IMG/VR virus record: IMGVR_UViG_3300020469_000036
Coordinates: 7,731 to 71,730 of that record
Length of the DNA: 64,000 nucleotides
Origin: a virus
Direction: 5' to 3' (one strand)
Shown here: in pieces, positions 46,588-57,913 of the stretch
How the letters are laid out: each line of letters begins with the position of its first letter
How positions within the stretch are numbered: the stretch's first letter is position 1
Notes under the pieces: generated by a model
Seen by the model: the letters and a program-made list of their open reading frames with translations, nothing else
The model's database searches: none
Told to the model about the DNA's origin: nothing
Program-made: the position numbers and the translations under genes

Positions 46588-49500
46588 TTATGAAGACAGA
46601 ACCTGAGCCTCGATTGGATGCCAATCTGCTTTACCATCGACTTGCTGTCCTGAACCAGCTCCTAGGAAGTATGTCGCGATGCCAGCTCCATAACTCCGGC
46701 CGGGTTTAGCCGCAAATTCTGCTTCGGTTTCTCCGACAACAGCGGTTTTAGCAATTGCGAACGATGCAACATAATTACCTCCACCGGATGAAACCAGCCT
46801 CGAGGTTTGTATTGCAACAATATTTTTAGGATCTTCTGGAAACGGAACTCTGATATAACGGCGTGTTGTCGAGTTAAAGTATTTACCTGTTCCTAATCGA
46901 CCAGTAGTATTGCTTCCTCCAGCAAATAACGCATATTTACCTGCTTCACCTTTCGATTCAGCAACAATGAATATACTTCCCGCATTGGAGCCATAGGCAC
47001 CGGATGAAACAAAAACCTTTTCGACCCACCAATTAGCATCAATAGTAGTTGATAAAGTAAAGGCGGTATGGAGGGCCCGACTTGATAGACTACCATCTTC
47101 CCTGTCAGCTAAACCATTGTCTGCATCTCCGGCATGTCGAATAGAACGATTTCCGTCGGTATTTTCAGTGATAACAAATGAGCTATCACTTGATGAAATT
47201 GCAATGATATCTACAGGGCGATCATCTGTTCCTAGAGAAACCACTCCAGGACTTCGAGTATTAACAGCAGCGCCTCGACCAAGCTGACCTCTGTCATTTT
47301 GACCCCAAGACATAACAGTTACGCCGCCAGTAATATCGGTTTCTGAAAGAGCATCTAGCTCGGTAGCGGAATTTGGCGTATTAACTGTTCGTCTTGCTAA
47401 AACAAAGGCGCTAGAGTTTGTGCTTGTCGTCGCTCCAACTGAAATATCAAACATACCTTTTAATTTTGCAAGGTGACTTACAGTCCTGTTGCCAATAGAA
47501 GCATCAGGATAAGCACTAGTTGTTCCTCCTTCAGCAAGAGCGTTGTATGCGCGGGTTTCGTCAATAAACAATCTAAAGTGAGATGAAAGGTTTGCGTTAT
47601 TTTCGTCACCGCGGATAATGTAATAGAATCTATTATTAAATTTTAATCTTTCAAAGTCTTCAAATCCGTGATCTACATTGGCTTCACCAGATCCGGTTCC
47701 AGCTGCTGATCGAAATACTTTATTACTAGTACCGGTAACCACTTGAAGGAATATCGCGCTATCCAATGTTGTTCCACTGTCCAAAGCAGGAACGTGTCTC
47801 ATCACGAAGCTATCAGTGTCTCCATTTCCTCCCTGTCCTTGTCCGTTCCATCCGGCAAACCAAAGTTCGTTGTCGTTTTCATTACCAGGCTTCCCAATAA
47901 TATGCCAAGAAGTAAAGGCATTAATAACAGATTTTTTAATGTAGTAAGAGTATTGATCAAATGTTTCCGATCCAGTGAGACCAAGCTCGGTTTTCCATGC
48001 AGCAAGAGCCGTTGCATCATCAGTATCATCAAGGCCGCCTTTTAGAGTTGCGTTGCTCTTGTAATAATGGAATCGTTTGTTAACTTTTTCAACAGCATCA
48101 GAATCAAGGCTGCTAATACCTGCAGCTCGTTCTGTATCAGTTAATCCGAATGTAGCCCAAAGACCGCTTCCCGCACTATTAAGACCATACACCAAAGGGC
48201 CGGAAGCATCGTATGATGTCTTTGCTGTGGATCCAGTTCCTAATGTGCCGTAGGTGGCATTAGTTATTCCAATCACCCAACCGCGAGTATAAGGAACACC
48301 CGCACCGGCAACAGCAGCGCTGCTCGTTTCATATCGTTCTAAACCATTAAGGCGATTGCCACTAACGTATTCGTTGCCAATACCGTCTTTGGTCTTGATA
48401 ATAATTCCAGGCTGGCTCTCTTCATTTGTATAAGTTACCGTATCAACAGTAACAGCATTGGCAGGCCATGAACTCTTTTGAGGAAGCATGGCTGGGTTTG
48501 GAGTTTCAACCGCGGTATCGTTGTATGGCTGCTCCCCGAACGAATTAAACTCAGAGTAATAATCTATAAAATCGTCTGCGGCTGTAGTGCCGCGGGATTG
48601 TTGACCAATCTCGCCGCTGATATTTCTTCCACTGCCATAAAGAACGTCATCTTCATCTATAAAGAAAAAGTTATAATGATTTGCAAATGAACGTTTAAAA
48701 ATTGCTTCTTGATTCGTAATTGGTGAAATGGCAGCGAACCAACCATCAGGTTTATCATTGCGATATTGACTCGTCCCATGCCGCTCCTGATTGTTTATAC
48801 CAATAACTCGGCCTCTTCCATCTCTATCTACCATAGTTACTGTCATTTGGTTATCGAAATATGATTGGTGGCCATCGATAAGTTCTGCAAAGGACTTAAC
48901 GCTATCCTCGTATACTCTAACTTTTGTAAGGGCGGAATCGACAAAGGCCTTTGTGGTAGCGTGAGCATCTTCGGTTGGAGTTGCCACAGAAAGTGTACCT
49001 GCAGAATCCCGTTTAGCAAGTGTATTAGCAGTTGCTGCAGTATCAATCTCTTCAACGAGCTCAAGTTTTCCACCTACACCAAATGCGAAATCATCGGTAT
49101 TAATATTTAGTCCAATCTTTCCTCCCGTAATATCAAAGAAACCAACCTCAGCATTACTTGTATCAAAGAGGTTAATTCCCGAAGCACCAGCAACACCTGT
49201 AGTAGTTGAAACTGCAAACGATGTAGTGTCGTCACTCTTGTATTTAATAAGGTAAACAATTGCATTACCTCCAATAGGATCTTCTTCACCTGGTGACCCG
49301 ATTGTATCAGGAAGTGTTGTACTTCCGTTAGGACTGTCAATACCTTCAAGTAATTCAATAAGCTCTTTAAACTCAGTATCAATCGGGCTATTTTCTGTAT
49401 CGTCAAAAGAAAGAGTTTGACCCGCGCAAGGGATCCAGCCTGGGACTGTATTTAAAATACCGTAGTTTTCAGGACTGCTTAATCCGTTTAAAGTTTCAGG

Positions 49501-50235
49501 CCAATTGTCAAGGATTCTTGCATCTACTGCAACCATTGTTCCAACCGGAATCAAAGTAACTGGAAGAGTAAAGTTAGACTGCTGCAGTGCTGCTATAACG
49601 TCTGCAAGAATACTAGTAGCAAAAGAACTTTGACCTAGCCATTCAAGTTGACTTCCAGTTCCGCTCCATTTTAAAAGAGACGGTGTAACGCCTGGTGATG
49701 TGGCAGGCAAGTCCCATTCATAGTTGTTAACACCAATCGTTGGTGAGGAACCTGCAAGAGCAAGCTTGTTGCCATCAGCAATTTCAAAAATACCTTCTCC
49801 AGCTCCAGAATAATCAAACTGAAGTTTTTCTGGTGTACCTGCGTTTTCAAATTTAAGAGATGCAACACTAGAAGTAGAAGAAGATTTTAAACCAATACCA
49901 CTTGCCCCAATCACTTCAAATCCACTGCCCGTGGTAAAGGTGCCAGAATTAATCTGAAACGTTGGCGCATTAATTATTCCGGTTGTTCCACCTAAAGTAA
50001 AGTTACCTGTACTCGTAATGGTTCCGGTGCTCGTAAAACCTCGCGTTAAAGTTGCGGATTGGGTAAATGATTTCTGACCAGTGATTGTTTGGTTAGAAGC
50101 TAATGTCAGAAGCCCTTCTGAACTTGTAACAAAGTCAGTAGAGTTTAGACCATCAATGATCTCATTACATTTATCCGCCCACTCTTTAAACGTGTCGGTG
50201 TTGTCAATTCGTGTTAGATTAAAGTCAAAGGCCAT
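46588..50235 (-). CDS. Tail fibre / receptor-binding protein with tail-collar and RCC1-like repeats
   Basis: DTF.EW..K.N N-terminus, QTITGQKSF, PVGT...GWIPC.GQ collar, repeats GSGRNISGEIG, AGWNGQGQGG, SWGQNDRGQLG, GGSNTTGRLG. Confidence 0.8.
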   Translation of the reverse strand: MAFDFNLTRIDNTDTFKEWADKCNEIIDGLNSTDFVTSSEGLLTLASNQTITGQKSFTQSATLTRGFTSTGTITSTGNFTLGGTTGIINAPTFQINSGTFTTGSGFEVIGASGIGLKSSSTSSVASLKFENAGTPEKLQFDYSGAGEGIFEIADGNKLALAGSSPTIGVNNYEWDLPATSPGVTPSLLKWSGTGSQLEWLGQSSFATSILADVIAALQQSNFTLPVTLIPVGTMVAVDARILDNWPETLNGLSSPENYGILNTVPGWIPCAGQTLSFDDTENSPIDTEFKELIELLEGIDSPNGSTTLPDTIGSPGEEDPIGGNAIVYLIKYKSDDTTSFAVSTTTGVAGASGINLFDTSNAEVGFFDITGGKIGLNINTDDFAFGVGGKLELVEEIDTAATANTLAKRDSAGTLSVATPTEDAHATTKAFVDSALTKVRVYEDSVKSFAELIDGHQSYFDNQMTVTMVDRDGRGRVIGINNQERHGTSQYRNDKPDGWFAAISPITNQEAIFKRSFANHYNFFFIDEDDVLYGSGRNISGEIGQQSRGTTAADDFIDYYSEFNSFGEQPYNDTAVETPNPAMLPQKSSWPANAVTVDTVTYTNEESQPGIIIKTKDGIGNEYVSGNRLNGLERYETSSAAVAGAGVPYTRGWVIGITNATYGTLGTGSTAKTSYDASGPLVYGLNSAGSGLWATFGLTDTERAAGISSLDSDAVEKVNKRFHYYKSNATLKGGLDDTDDATALAAWKTELGLTGSETFDQYSYYIKKSVINAFTSWHIIGKPGNENDNELWFAGWNGQGQGGNGDTDSFVMRHVPALDSGTTLDSAIFLQVVTGTSNKVFRSAAGTGSGEANVDHGFEDFERLKFNNRFYYIIRGDENNANLSSHFRLFIDETRAYNALAEGGTTSAYPDASIGNRTVSHLAKLKGMFDISVGATTSTNSSAFVLARRTVNTPNSATELDALSETDITGGVTVMSWGQNDRGQLGRGAAVNTRSPGVVSLGTDDRPVDIIAISSSDSSFVITENTDGNRSIRHAGDADNGLADREDGSLSSRALHTAFTLSTTIDANWWVEKVFVSSGAYGSNAGSIFIVAESKGEAGKYALFAGGSNTTGRLGTGKYFNSTTRRYIRVPFPEDPKNIVAIQTSRLVSSGGGNYVASFAIAKTAVVGETEAEFAAKPGRSYGAGIATYFLGAGSGQQVDGKADWHPIEAQVLSS

Positions 50236-50257
50236 AGATTAATTTCTTCTTGTAGAT

Positions 50258-50467
50258 CTATTTATCACTGTACATCACAGCTTCTAATTTAATAATTCTT
50301 TCTTTTAACTCGCAAACTTCGCGTTTAAGTTCTTTAATTTCCTTATTACGTTTCTTTCTGGCAAGAGCTGATTTATAAGCATCTTGATCGGTATTAAGTA
50401 CTACACCTGTTTCTAGATTTTTTACTAAATGCGGGTTATCAGCAACCTGTCTTTGTGATTCATCCAT
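50258..50467 (-). CDS. Small coiled-coil protein
   Basis: LVKNLETGVVLNTD..AY followed by a coiled coil; follows the DUF4815-like gene. Confidence 0.7.
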   Translation of the reverse strand: MDESQRQVADNPHLVKNLETGVVLNTDQDAYKSALARKKRNKEIKELKREVCELKERIIKLEAVMYSDK

Positions 50468-50468
50468 G

Positions 50469-53400
50469 TTAAACGGTTGCAATTATTCTCAAGTCCTTAG
50501 AGAAAGGTGCATCACCGTAATTCTTTCCTCGCATGACAATTTTAATTATAAACGAACTAAACTCTACTGGTTCAGTATTAAGATTAAATCTCACTTCACT
50601 AAATCGACCTCTATTAATGTTAACTGGAATCGACGTAGGATTAATCGCACTAAGCGTATGAAAGTTGGTATCTGTTTCAGTGCTACTAATGATAGCATTA
50701 TTGGTATCTTTAAGCTGGGCAAATACCTCAATCTCAGATGTTGTAGAAGGACGATTAACGTCAAGATAAACATCAATCTGATCACTGAGATTATCCAAAG
50801 CCATTTCACGTGTAATGTATTGAGAAGTATCTCCAGTTTCAGAGATAAAGTAATCTCTTGTTTCTAGTGAAAGATCTCGGTTAATAACCGGTGTAAGTCT
50901 TTCGTCTGTTGAACTGAAGAATGTTTGCAAGTTTGTTTTATCAATATTGGACGCTTGGATATTGTGATTTTGATTGGTGATATATTCTACCGGTAAGAGA
51001 GGCTCAACATCGTATTTGGTTTCTTCAAAGAATACTTCATTTCGGATTGAAGTTTTTCCACCCAAGTTAATTGATTTTTGATTTAATGAGAATGCACCAA
51101 CGTTATACCTGTTAAGGGTTCCTGTTATGGTTTCGGTTTTTGTACCATCAGTAATAGTTACGGTTGGCACTTCAAGATAACCAAATCCCTTTCTTACAAG
51201 ATTGATTTTACTGATTGAGCTGTCATCTGGATTAAACACTGGAGTAGCTGTAGTAGTAATCCCGCCGGAGACTGCAACCTTAGTTGAGTTACCATCTGAA
51301 TCAATTACCGTTGTGAATGGTGCTTCAACTGTAACAGTGCAGGTAAGTTCGTTCCAACCCGTATTGTTAGAAATTGTAGTAGAATCAATCTCACCAAGGT
51401 GAGTTCCAACTTGAGGGCCCGCCACAAACTGCGCGGTTTGATTGGTCGCAAAGGAACCTCTGCGTAAGGTAAATTTCAAATCCTTGTTTTGCATTGGCGT
51501 CCAAGTAGACTTATTGGAACTTGCAAAAAGCGATCCAAGTGCGGGCTGAGAAGTAATAACATGACCTGTTTGAAGATCGGTTTTATCTCCACCTTGTTCT
51601 GCAATATAAGCGGTGTACTCAGGACTTGTCGAGAAACAAACCGTTGCATATTCGGTATCAGCCGCAAGGTGAATCGGATGTGGAAATTCAAACGTGGTTG
51701 CAAGTGATGCATCCGTACTTGTTCTAACATCTTCCCAGTCAATAGAAATTTCACTGCCAGGAACAACTTCTCCTGTTGGATATCCGTTTGAGGTTGTTAC
51801 GATATACGATTGAACAGGGACCTTCGTGTTTTCAGTTGCGGGTTTCCCTGCAAAGAACAAGTCGATTGAAGTAGCAAAGATACCAGTTGTATCAGTAACA
51901 CTAAATGATTGTGCAAGAGGATCGTAAATGGTATTTGTACGTGTTTCAGTTCGCGTCTCACGTTGTAACCTCGGAAGAGTTGTACTGATGTTTAACGCTT
52001 GCTTGTTTATTTCAAGTCCATTTGAGATGAACCTTGCCGAAGCATTACTTGTAGATTCTTCCTTTAAGTTACGCGGCGAATTTGTAATAGTAACTGTCTT
52101 TTCACCAGAAGAGAATCGCAAGGTATCGTTGTTTGGAATAATAAAGATTCCTTCCGCAACTCCGTCAGCATCAGATATAATATCAGAAGTAGGAAACGCG
52201 GCTAAAAGAGTTGCTTCATCAGCTCCATCGTATTGACTTAAGCTTGACTGGTCGAAGCCAGGGAGCAGTGAGTTAATTTGTCGTGTCTTTTCTTCAGCAC
52301 TGTTTGTGGTTGCGTTAATTGTATCAAGGATAGTTTTCACATAGCTCCAGTAACGCAATGCTGTATTTTGATTAGCAACAGTGGTTGCAAATGATCTGTC
52401 AGAAGACTTTAAGTTATACCAACGTGTACCAAACCAAGTTGGAACCGTAAGATCATTTGTAAGGAACTTCTCAACTTCACCTTCGATTTGACTCGTAAGT
52501 ATCGCGGTTTCGGTATGCTCGTGGCTATTGATAATCTCGCTTCGAGTTAAAAGGTGAGCGTTACTTGTAACGTCAACTCCGTCAATAAAGAAGTAGAACT
52601 TCGAGCTTGGTTTAAGACCTTCAGCTCTGAAGTATAGCGCCTTTGATCTTGCGTATGGCCTGACCTTAACGTCAGTAACAAACTCACCCAGCGCCTGTTC
52701 AATTCTTTCTTGAACAACTCGAGTTTCTGTAACTGTTCGGGTTTCTTCCCTTTCCCACCAAGGTCCGGTGCGGGTTGTATCGCGACGCCATCCACCGCCA
52801 AGCGCAGGATTGCCTTCACCAGGCCTCGCCGCACGCCAACCTGCGTTTGCTGAACCAATTCCGCTTGCAGCATTTGCTCGACCTGCTTGATTTTCAAGAA
52901 CGTCGTTAAGAGTATCAAACAGGGTTGTTCCACCAAAGATATCAAAATCAATTTCTGGTGCGGTGATTGTATCGTTCCACGTATCAACCTCGGGAGCAAG
53001 TATCATTTGACCTAGAGTTGCAACAAACTCATAAGGTTGAACACTCATGAATTGTGTAGCATAAGGCTGAGTAATATATGCAACTTGGTTATAAGGAAGT
53101 GTTAAAACTTCGTTATGAAGGCCGGACTCCGTGAATTCAGAATCCGCATCAATATCAATACCGTCAGTGGAAATTAATTCAAAAGGAATGCTGTATCCTT
53201 TAAATGCAGGATAAAGATGTCCGCGTTCTCTTTCATAATGGCAAAGGAAGTCAGAACTTCGAGCATTACCAATAGTAAAGTTTCTAAAGCCATCAACTAC
53301 AAGACCATTTTTAAATCGTGCAGTACCGTCATCATCAAAAATACTTTTATCGTTTGCACCCTTTTCCAAAAGCGAGAGAGATGTGTAATACTCAAGGTTG

Positions 53401-55913
53401 GATACCCGTGTATCAATCTTACCAATATCGCGCATTGTATAGCGGCGATGGTTGTATTTCTCAACACCAATGTTGGTTGCTTTAAACGTATAAGCAGGAA
53501 CAAACAAGTCGAAAAGGACCAAGCCATTTGCTGAGTTAGTAGGAGGAACAGCAGTAAGACTTGGTGTTCCTTTTTCGATTGAGAAATCTCCGTTTGGTAA
53601 AATAGTTACTGAGTCAACACGGGGTAAGAAGTAATCAATCTTACCGGTAATTGCGCTATAAGGATCAAGCGCAAGAATATCTGTTGTGCTTGGGTAAGGT
53701 CTAATATCAAAGAAGTCTCCCAAACGTTTACCGTTGTAAAGAGGAATATCCTCAAGATCAGATTGACCGCCAGAAGAGTTTCTATAACTGTTTACCGTGT
53801 AATAGTTACCTCCGCTAAACTTCCAGTGCTTTACACTAATGGTAGATGCACCAGCTTTAAGGCATCGAACTTTAGCAAGTTCGTATTCTGTTGACCTCTG
53901 ACCGTCACTAACAAGTTCAAAGTTATCATCTTCAACGCTGATCAGGTGAAAGACATTCGGAACTTCAACAATATCCCCAACGGCTGGCAGAGGACTGTTA
54001 TTTAAAGTTATTGTTTCGGTGGTTTCGGTTTTAATACCAATGTTGGTAAGGTCATTTACTACTGTAGCAATAATGCTAATAACATCTCCATCGGCCGCTG
54101 TTGGAATATCTAAAGTTAGCGAATCCGTGTCAGCGCTTGACACAACAGTAAATTGTGTTGGTAGTAAAACCTTATCTTGAGTAGAGTTGTAAACAGTAAT
54201 TGAAGAAGGACTCTTATCAAATGTTACTCCAGTAAGATCAAAGGTTACTTCGTTACCAGAAGCTACCGGCATGTCAGCAGAGAGGTTAACTCTTTCAGTA
54301 ACTTGAATTGAGTTAAACTTTCTAACCGCTATTCGAGAAAGTGGAAACAGCGTTGAATTAATTTGTGTATCGTGTAACTTAACGCCGTTCCTTGCTTCAA
54401 CATTAAAATGAAGTGTGCCATAATCGGTAACTGCGGCTCCTCTAATGGTTTCTACATTGTCAAATTTCTTTCCAGTATTAAGAGAAATATCGTGAAGAAA
54501 CATACGATGCTTGGCGCCGTCAATAAGCTCAACTGAAAGAATTTTACAAGTACCAATTGTTGCATCACTTGCATCCAAAAGGTTATAAGTTCGACTGTAA
54601 TTATCAAAGAAAGGTAAGCCTTCACCGTTACCTGTACCATATCCTGATTCGGGACTAGAGTCAGTTTCAGGACTAGCAAGAGGGGAAGCAAAGTTATCAA
54701 CATTTCGAAGTTGACCTTCAACATAGTTACCCATATTGGCCACGGCTGAACTATCTTCCAATACTCCGCTTCGTAAATCGGCTGCGGATACCCGTGCTTT
54801 ATCTCCTAAAAGCGTAAGCGGCGATTGCAGATCAACTCTTTTTCCACGAACATAAGCAACGGAAGGGGAAAGAGTAGCTGCATATTTTTTGTCCGCATCT
54901 GTTTGAGAAAGATTATTAGCAGCGGTGCTATTTTTATAACGTCCTGTGTATGAAGCAGCGTTTAAAACTTCTTGAATTTCAATACCAAAATTGTTTACCA
55001 CATAGCTTCCGCTTTCTTCAAAAGTTCGTTGGGCAAGAATTTTTTCAAGAGTAGTACCACTGTTATCAATCGCATTCTCAACAATAATAACCTTGTTATC
55101 TTTAATCTGTAAAAGAATTACATAATTGTTATCGTCCTCAAAGGCTGTAACCAAATCCAAAGTAAGAGTAATTTGATAACGATCCGCGCCTGGTGCAGCA
55201 AAGTTTGGTTGCCCGTTTGCGTTATCAAACAACGTTGAATCCGCACCACTAGTAACTTGCTTTTCACCGATTTTTAATACTGCATACCCGTCGAAAAGTT
55301 CATCTTCTCCAAGGGCTCGGCAGACAAACTGTTCTGTAGCGGAAGCTAAACAACCATTGACAAAGAAGATACCGTTTGGCAAAAACAAGCTAACAGCGTT
55401 ACCGTTGTTAATCACGGTACCATTAATAACATTTTCCAGTGTATCTTCAATCGCCACCCCGCCTGCTGTAATTTCATTTACAGTTCCGGTGGTATTAGCT
55501 TGACGATATTGAATATAAAGACGATACGTAAGATTCTGGAGTAACTCTCCTTTTACCAACGCTGCTGTAATGGTGTCGTTAGATGTTACAGAAATACCTG
55601 TTGTGTCAGCAAGTAATTTAGCAAATGCATCTCCATCAGTTGTGTTTTCAAATGTAACATCAATAAAGCTTAACGTATTATCAAAGGTGGTGTCACCGCC
55701 AATAATAGGACTGTTTGGTTTAAACAAACTCTGGCCAAGACGATCAAGTTGCGCTTGAAGAAGCGACTGAGCCTGGTTAAGCTCCCTTGCCTGAACGGTT
55801 CGCCCCGGCTGGAATAAAATCCTTAAATAGTTTTTATCCAGAGGAGTTAAACCGGCAGTGTCCGGTGTGTTAATGTCGTCGTAATACTTTGATGTGTAAG
55901 CCGTGATTGCCAT
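50469..55913 (-). CDS. Large virion structural protein (DUF4815/VrlC-like)
   Basis: YYDD, ILFQPGR.VQARELNQ.Q, APGADRY, RTFEESGSY, RRYTMRDIG..D.R..NLEYYTSLSLLE, DPLAQSF, DLRIIAT. Confidence 0.9.
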   Translation of the reverse strand: MAITAYTSKYYDDINTPDTAGLTPLDKNYLRILFQPGRTVQARELNQAQSLLQAQLDRLGQSLFKPNSPIIGGDTTFDNTLSFIDVTFENTTDGDAFAKLLADTTGISVTSNDTITAALVKGELLQNLTYRLYIQYRQANTTGTVNEITAGGVAIEDTLENVINGTVINNGNAVSLFLPNGIFFVNGCLASATEQFVCRALGEDELFDGYAVLKIGEKQVTSGADSTLFDNANGQPNFAAPGADRYQITLTLDLVTAFEDDNNYVILLQIKDNKVIIVENAIDNSGTTLEKILAQRTFEESGSYVVNNFGIEIQEVLNAASYTGRYKNSTAANNLSQTDADKKYAATLSPSVAYVRGKRVDLQSPLTLLGDKARVSAADLRSGVLEDSSAVANMGNYVEGQLRNVDNFASPLASPETDSSPESGYGTGNGEGLPFFDNYSRTYNLLDASDATIGTCKILSVELIDGAKHRMFLHDISLNTGKKFDNVETIRGAAVTDYGTLHFNVEARNGVKLHDTQINSTLFPLSRIAVRKFNSIQVTERVNLSADMPVASGNEVTFDLTGVTFDKSPSSITVYNSTQDKVLLPTQFTVVSSADTDSLTLDIPTAADGDVISIIATVVNDLTNIGIKTETTETITLNNSPLPAVGDIVEVPNVFHLISVEDDNFELVSDGQRSTEYELAKVRCLKAGASTISVKHWKFSGGNYYTVNSYRNSSGGQSDLEDIPLYNGKRLGDFFDIRPYPSTTDILALDPYSAITGKIDYFLPRVDSVTILPNGDFSIEKGTPSLTAVPPTNSANGLVLFDLFVPAYTFKATNIGVEKYNHRRYTMRDIGKIDTRVSNLEYYTSLSLLEKGANDKSIFDDDGTARFKNGLVVDGFRNFTIGNARSSDFLCHYERERGHLYPAFKGYSIPFELISTDGIDIDADSEFTESGLHNEVLTLPYNQVAYITQPYATQFMSVQPYEFVATLGQMILAPEVDTWNDTITAPEIDFDIFGGTTLFDTLNDVLENQAGRANAASGIGSANAGWRAARPGEGNPALGGGWRRDTTRTGPWWEREETRTVTETRVVQERIEQALGEFVTDVKVRPYARSKALYFRAEGLKPSSKFYFFIDGVDVTSNAHLLTRSEIINSHEHTETAILTSQIEGEVEKFLTNDLTVPTWFGTRWYNLKSSDRSFATTVANQNTALRYWSYVKTILDTINATTNSAEEKTRQINSLLPGFDQSSLSQYDGADEATLLAAFPTSDIISDADGVAEGIFIIPNNDTLRFSSGEKTVTITNSPRNLKEESTSNASARFISNGLEINKQALNISTTLPRLQRETRTETRTNTIYDPLAQSFSVTDTTGIFATSIDLFFAGKPATENTKVPVQSYIVTTSNGYPTGEVVPGSEISIDWEDVRTSTDASLATTFEFPHPIHLAADTEYATVCFSTSPEYTAYIAEQGGDKTDLQTGHVITSQPALGSLFASSNKSTWTPMQNKDLKFTLRRGSFATNQTAQFVAGPQVGTHLGEIDSTTISNNTGWNELTCTVTVEAPFTTVIDSDGNSTKVAVSGGITTTATPVFNPDDSSISKINLVRKGFGYLEVPTVTITDGTKTETITGTLNRYNVGAFSLNQKSINLGGKTSIRNEVFFEETKYDVEPLLPVEYITNQNHNIQASNIDKTNLQTFFSSTDERLTPVINRDLSLETRDYFISETGDTSQYITREMALDNLSDQIDVYLDVNRPSTTSEIEVFAQLKDTNNAIISSTETDTNFHTLSAINPTSIPVNINRGRFSEVRFNLNTEPVEFSSFIIKIVMRGKNYGDAPFSKDLRIIATV

Positions 55914-57913
55914 TATAGTTGGATGATAAGTTTAAGCTCTTCGTTTTGCCCTTCAGCTCGAGTAACTGTAGATCTGTTATCAATAAAGACCACGTCTCCA
56001 GTTCCTTTTTGGTATGTAGAAGTAAATTTAGCGTCGGGTGTCAAGCTGGTCGTAACGGTTGATGAACCAAGTGTGTCATCTTTAGGTGCCTCAAAAGTAA
56101 TTGCAGAAGCTTCGCTAGTTTCACCTGATACAAGAATTGGCTCGTAACCATAGTAATGATCGGTGTAATAGTAGTATCTAAAAGTACTTAGTTCACTACC
56201 AGACTCTCGTGTTTGCACGTGAGAAATAACGCCAACCTTTTTACCATCTTGAACGATTTGCCACCCAGCACCAATATTATTTGCGCCGTCTGCAGGAATT
56301 ACTTGAGTCCCTGGGAACGTAAAATACTTAAGAGGTTGAACGTAATCCGCAGTAAGATTCGCGTCAGCTGCATTGAGAGGATTTTTAATAACGCTAACCT
56401 GATGATATTCTGTAGCATCAGGAATATAAGTAGCATTACCGGTATCAATAAAAAGTCCAAGGTAAAAGGCTGGAAGCGTTTCAAACTTGGCAAACCCAAA
56501 TCCTTCAATAGGACCAATCTTTGGCATGATAACCGCATCTCTTCTCAAACTTGCGGAAGCGTAACTCGATACATCAGGGCTATCATCGAATCCTAGAATA
56601 CCTGAAGTATTACCACGAAGATCTTCAAGTCTGGTGGTTGTGAGCGGCGAACCGCCAGCTGCGCTTATATCAACCCTGCAATCTTTCCATGCAAGAATAT
56701 CAGCAAAATCAGTTGTGTAATTTGTATCAGTAAGTCTAATTTCTGAAATTGATTTGGTCGCAATATTAATCACGTGATCAACGTCGGTGATTGTTTCACT
56801 GCGAGAAAATCCAAATTCATCTATACCGCGTAAGGTAATATCAGCTTGAATAGTAACGGTTGTATCTCCGCCAGTAAAGAGACCTGGGTCAGGCTCGTAA
56901 ACGTTACCGCCATCAATTATATTAAATCCGAATACCAAACCACCAGTTTTTGTTTTGATATAAGAAGTAAGGTTATCACTTCCAGCAAGAGTAAATACAG
57001 CAGGAGATTCGCTTAGGCTTTCAACATCCGCTTTGGTATCTCCACCAGAAAGAGTTGTAGCCGTGACTAGTGTATTAACTTCAGGGGAGTCTGCGATTGA
57101 ATCGCGAATCGCTTGAGCAAGTTGGTCAATCGTAAGATCAACTTCACCAGGGCTATCAGCAGAAGCTGGAACAGTGATTGTTATATCCGTTCCAGTAACC
57201 GCAACTGCAATAGCACTTGCTTGAGGACTCGATTCATCAACCACAAATGTAACCGTAATACCGTTTCCGGAAATACCAGTTGTTTGAGCTTCAAGTTTTA
57301 GCGTACCATCAGTAAATTGCACAAACGCAAAAGCTGCAGTGGTGTTATCACTTGAAGAAGTTGTAGCACTGCCGTTTCCAATATCAATAAACTGAGAACT
57401 GTTAATGTCGCTGTATTGCTCAAACCTTCCAAGGTATGTAAACACATAACCTGAAGTTGTTGAAAGAATTCCGTAATCAGTAAAGGACTGGCCAAGACGC
57501 GCAATCACGTCAGCATCAACCGCAGATCCATCAACCGGAGCCTGTAGAACCAAAAAGATTTGATCACTAACTGTAACGTAGCAAGGTTTAAGGTCATTGG
57601 TCGTATCGGTATAAAAACACGTTGGATCAAGAGGATCAAACGCCTTGTATTTAGTTGATATCGCAAGATCGTTACGTGGAATCACTCGGGAAATATTTGT
57701 TGAATTAATTCTAAATAATCCAGTGATGTGATCCAAAACGCGTTGTTGATCGTTAAATGTTCCAACCGGAAATGGAGCGGTAGCAGAAGTACCTGCAACA
57801 TCGTCCCATGCATCTTGTTGACCAATCCCTACGTAATAGGAATTACTCGTAATATCCGATTCCAGTATGTCCGCAGAATTTCTTCGGAACTGTTCTGTAA
57901 TGATTGCTGCCAT
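55913..57913 (-). CDS. gp8: Baseplate wedge subunit with an inserted domain
   Basis: MAAIIT.QFR, YYVGIG...W, RVIPR, C-terminal G.V.FIDNR..V.R..GQ.EELKLIIQ. Confidence 0.85.
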   Translation of the reverse strand: MAAIITEQFRRNSADILESDITSNSYYVGIGQQDAWDDVAGTSATAPFPVGTFNDQQRVLDHITGLFRINSTNISRVIPRNDLAISTKYKAFDPLDPTCFYTDTTNDLKPCYVTVSDQIFLVLQAPVDGSAVDADVIARLGQSFTDYGILSTTSGYVFTYLGRFEQYSDINSSQFIDIGNGSATTSSSDNTTAAFAFVQFTDGTLKLEAQTTGISGNGITVTFVVDESSPQASAIAVAVTGTDITITVPASADSPGEVDLTIDQLAQAIRDSIADSPEVNTLVTATTLSGGDTKADVESLSESPAVFTLAGSDNLTSYIKTKTGGLVFGFNIIDGGNVYEPDPGLFTGGDTTVTIQADITLRGIDEFGFSRSETITDVDHVINIATKSISEIRLTDTNYTTDFADILAWKDCRVDISAAGGSPLTTTRLEDLRGNTSGILGFDDSPDVSSYASASLRRDAVIMPKIGPIEGFGFAKFETLPAFYLGLFIDTGNATYIPDATEYHQVSVIKNPLNAADANLTADYVQPLKYFTFPGTQVIPADGANNIGAGWQIVQDGKKVGVISHVQTRESGSELSTFRYYYYTDHYYGYEPILVSGETSEASAITFEAPKDDTLGSSTVTTSLTPDAKFTSTYQKGTGDVVFIDNRSTVTRAEGQNEELKLIIQL

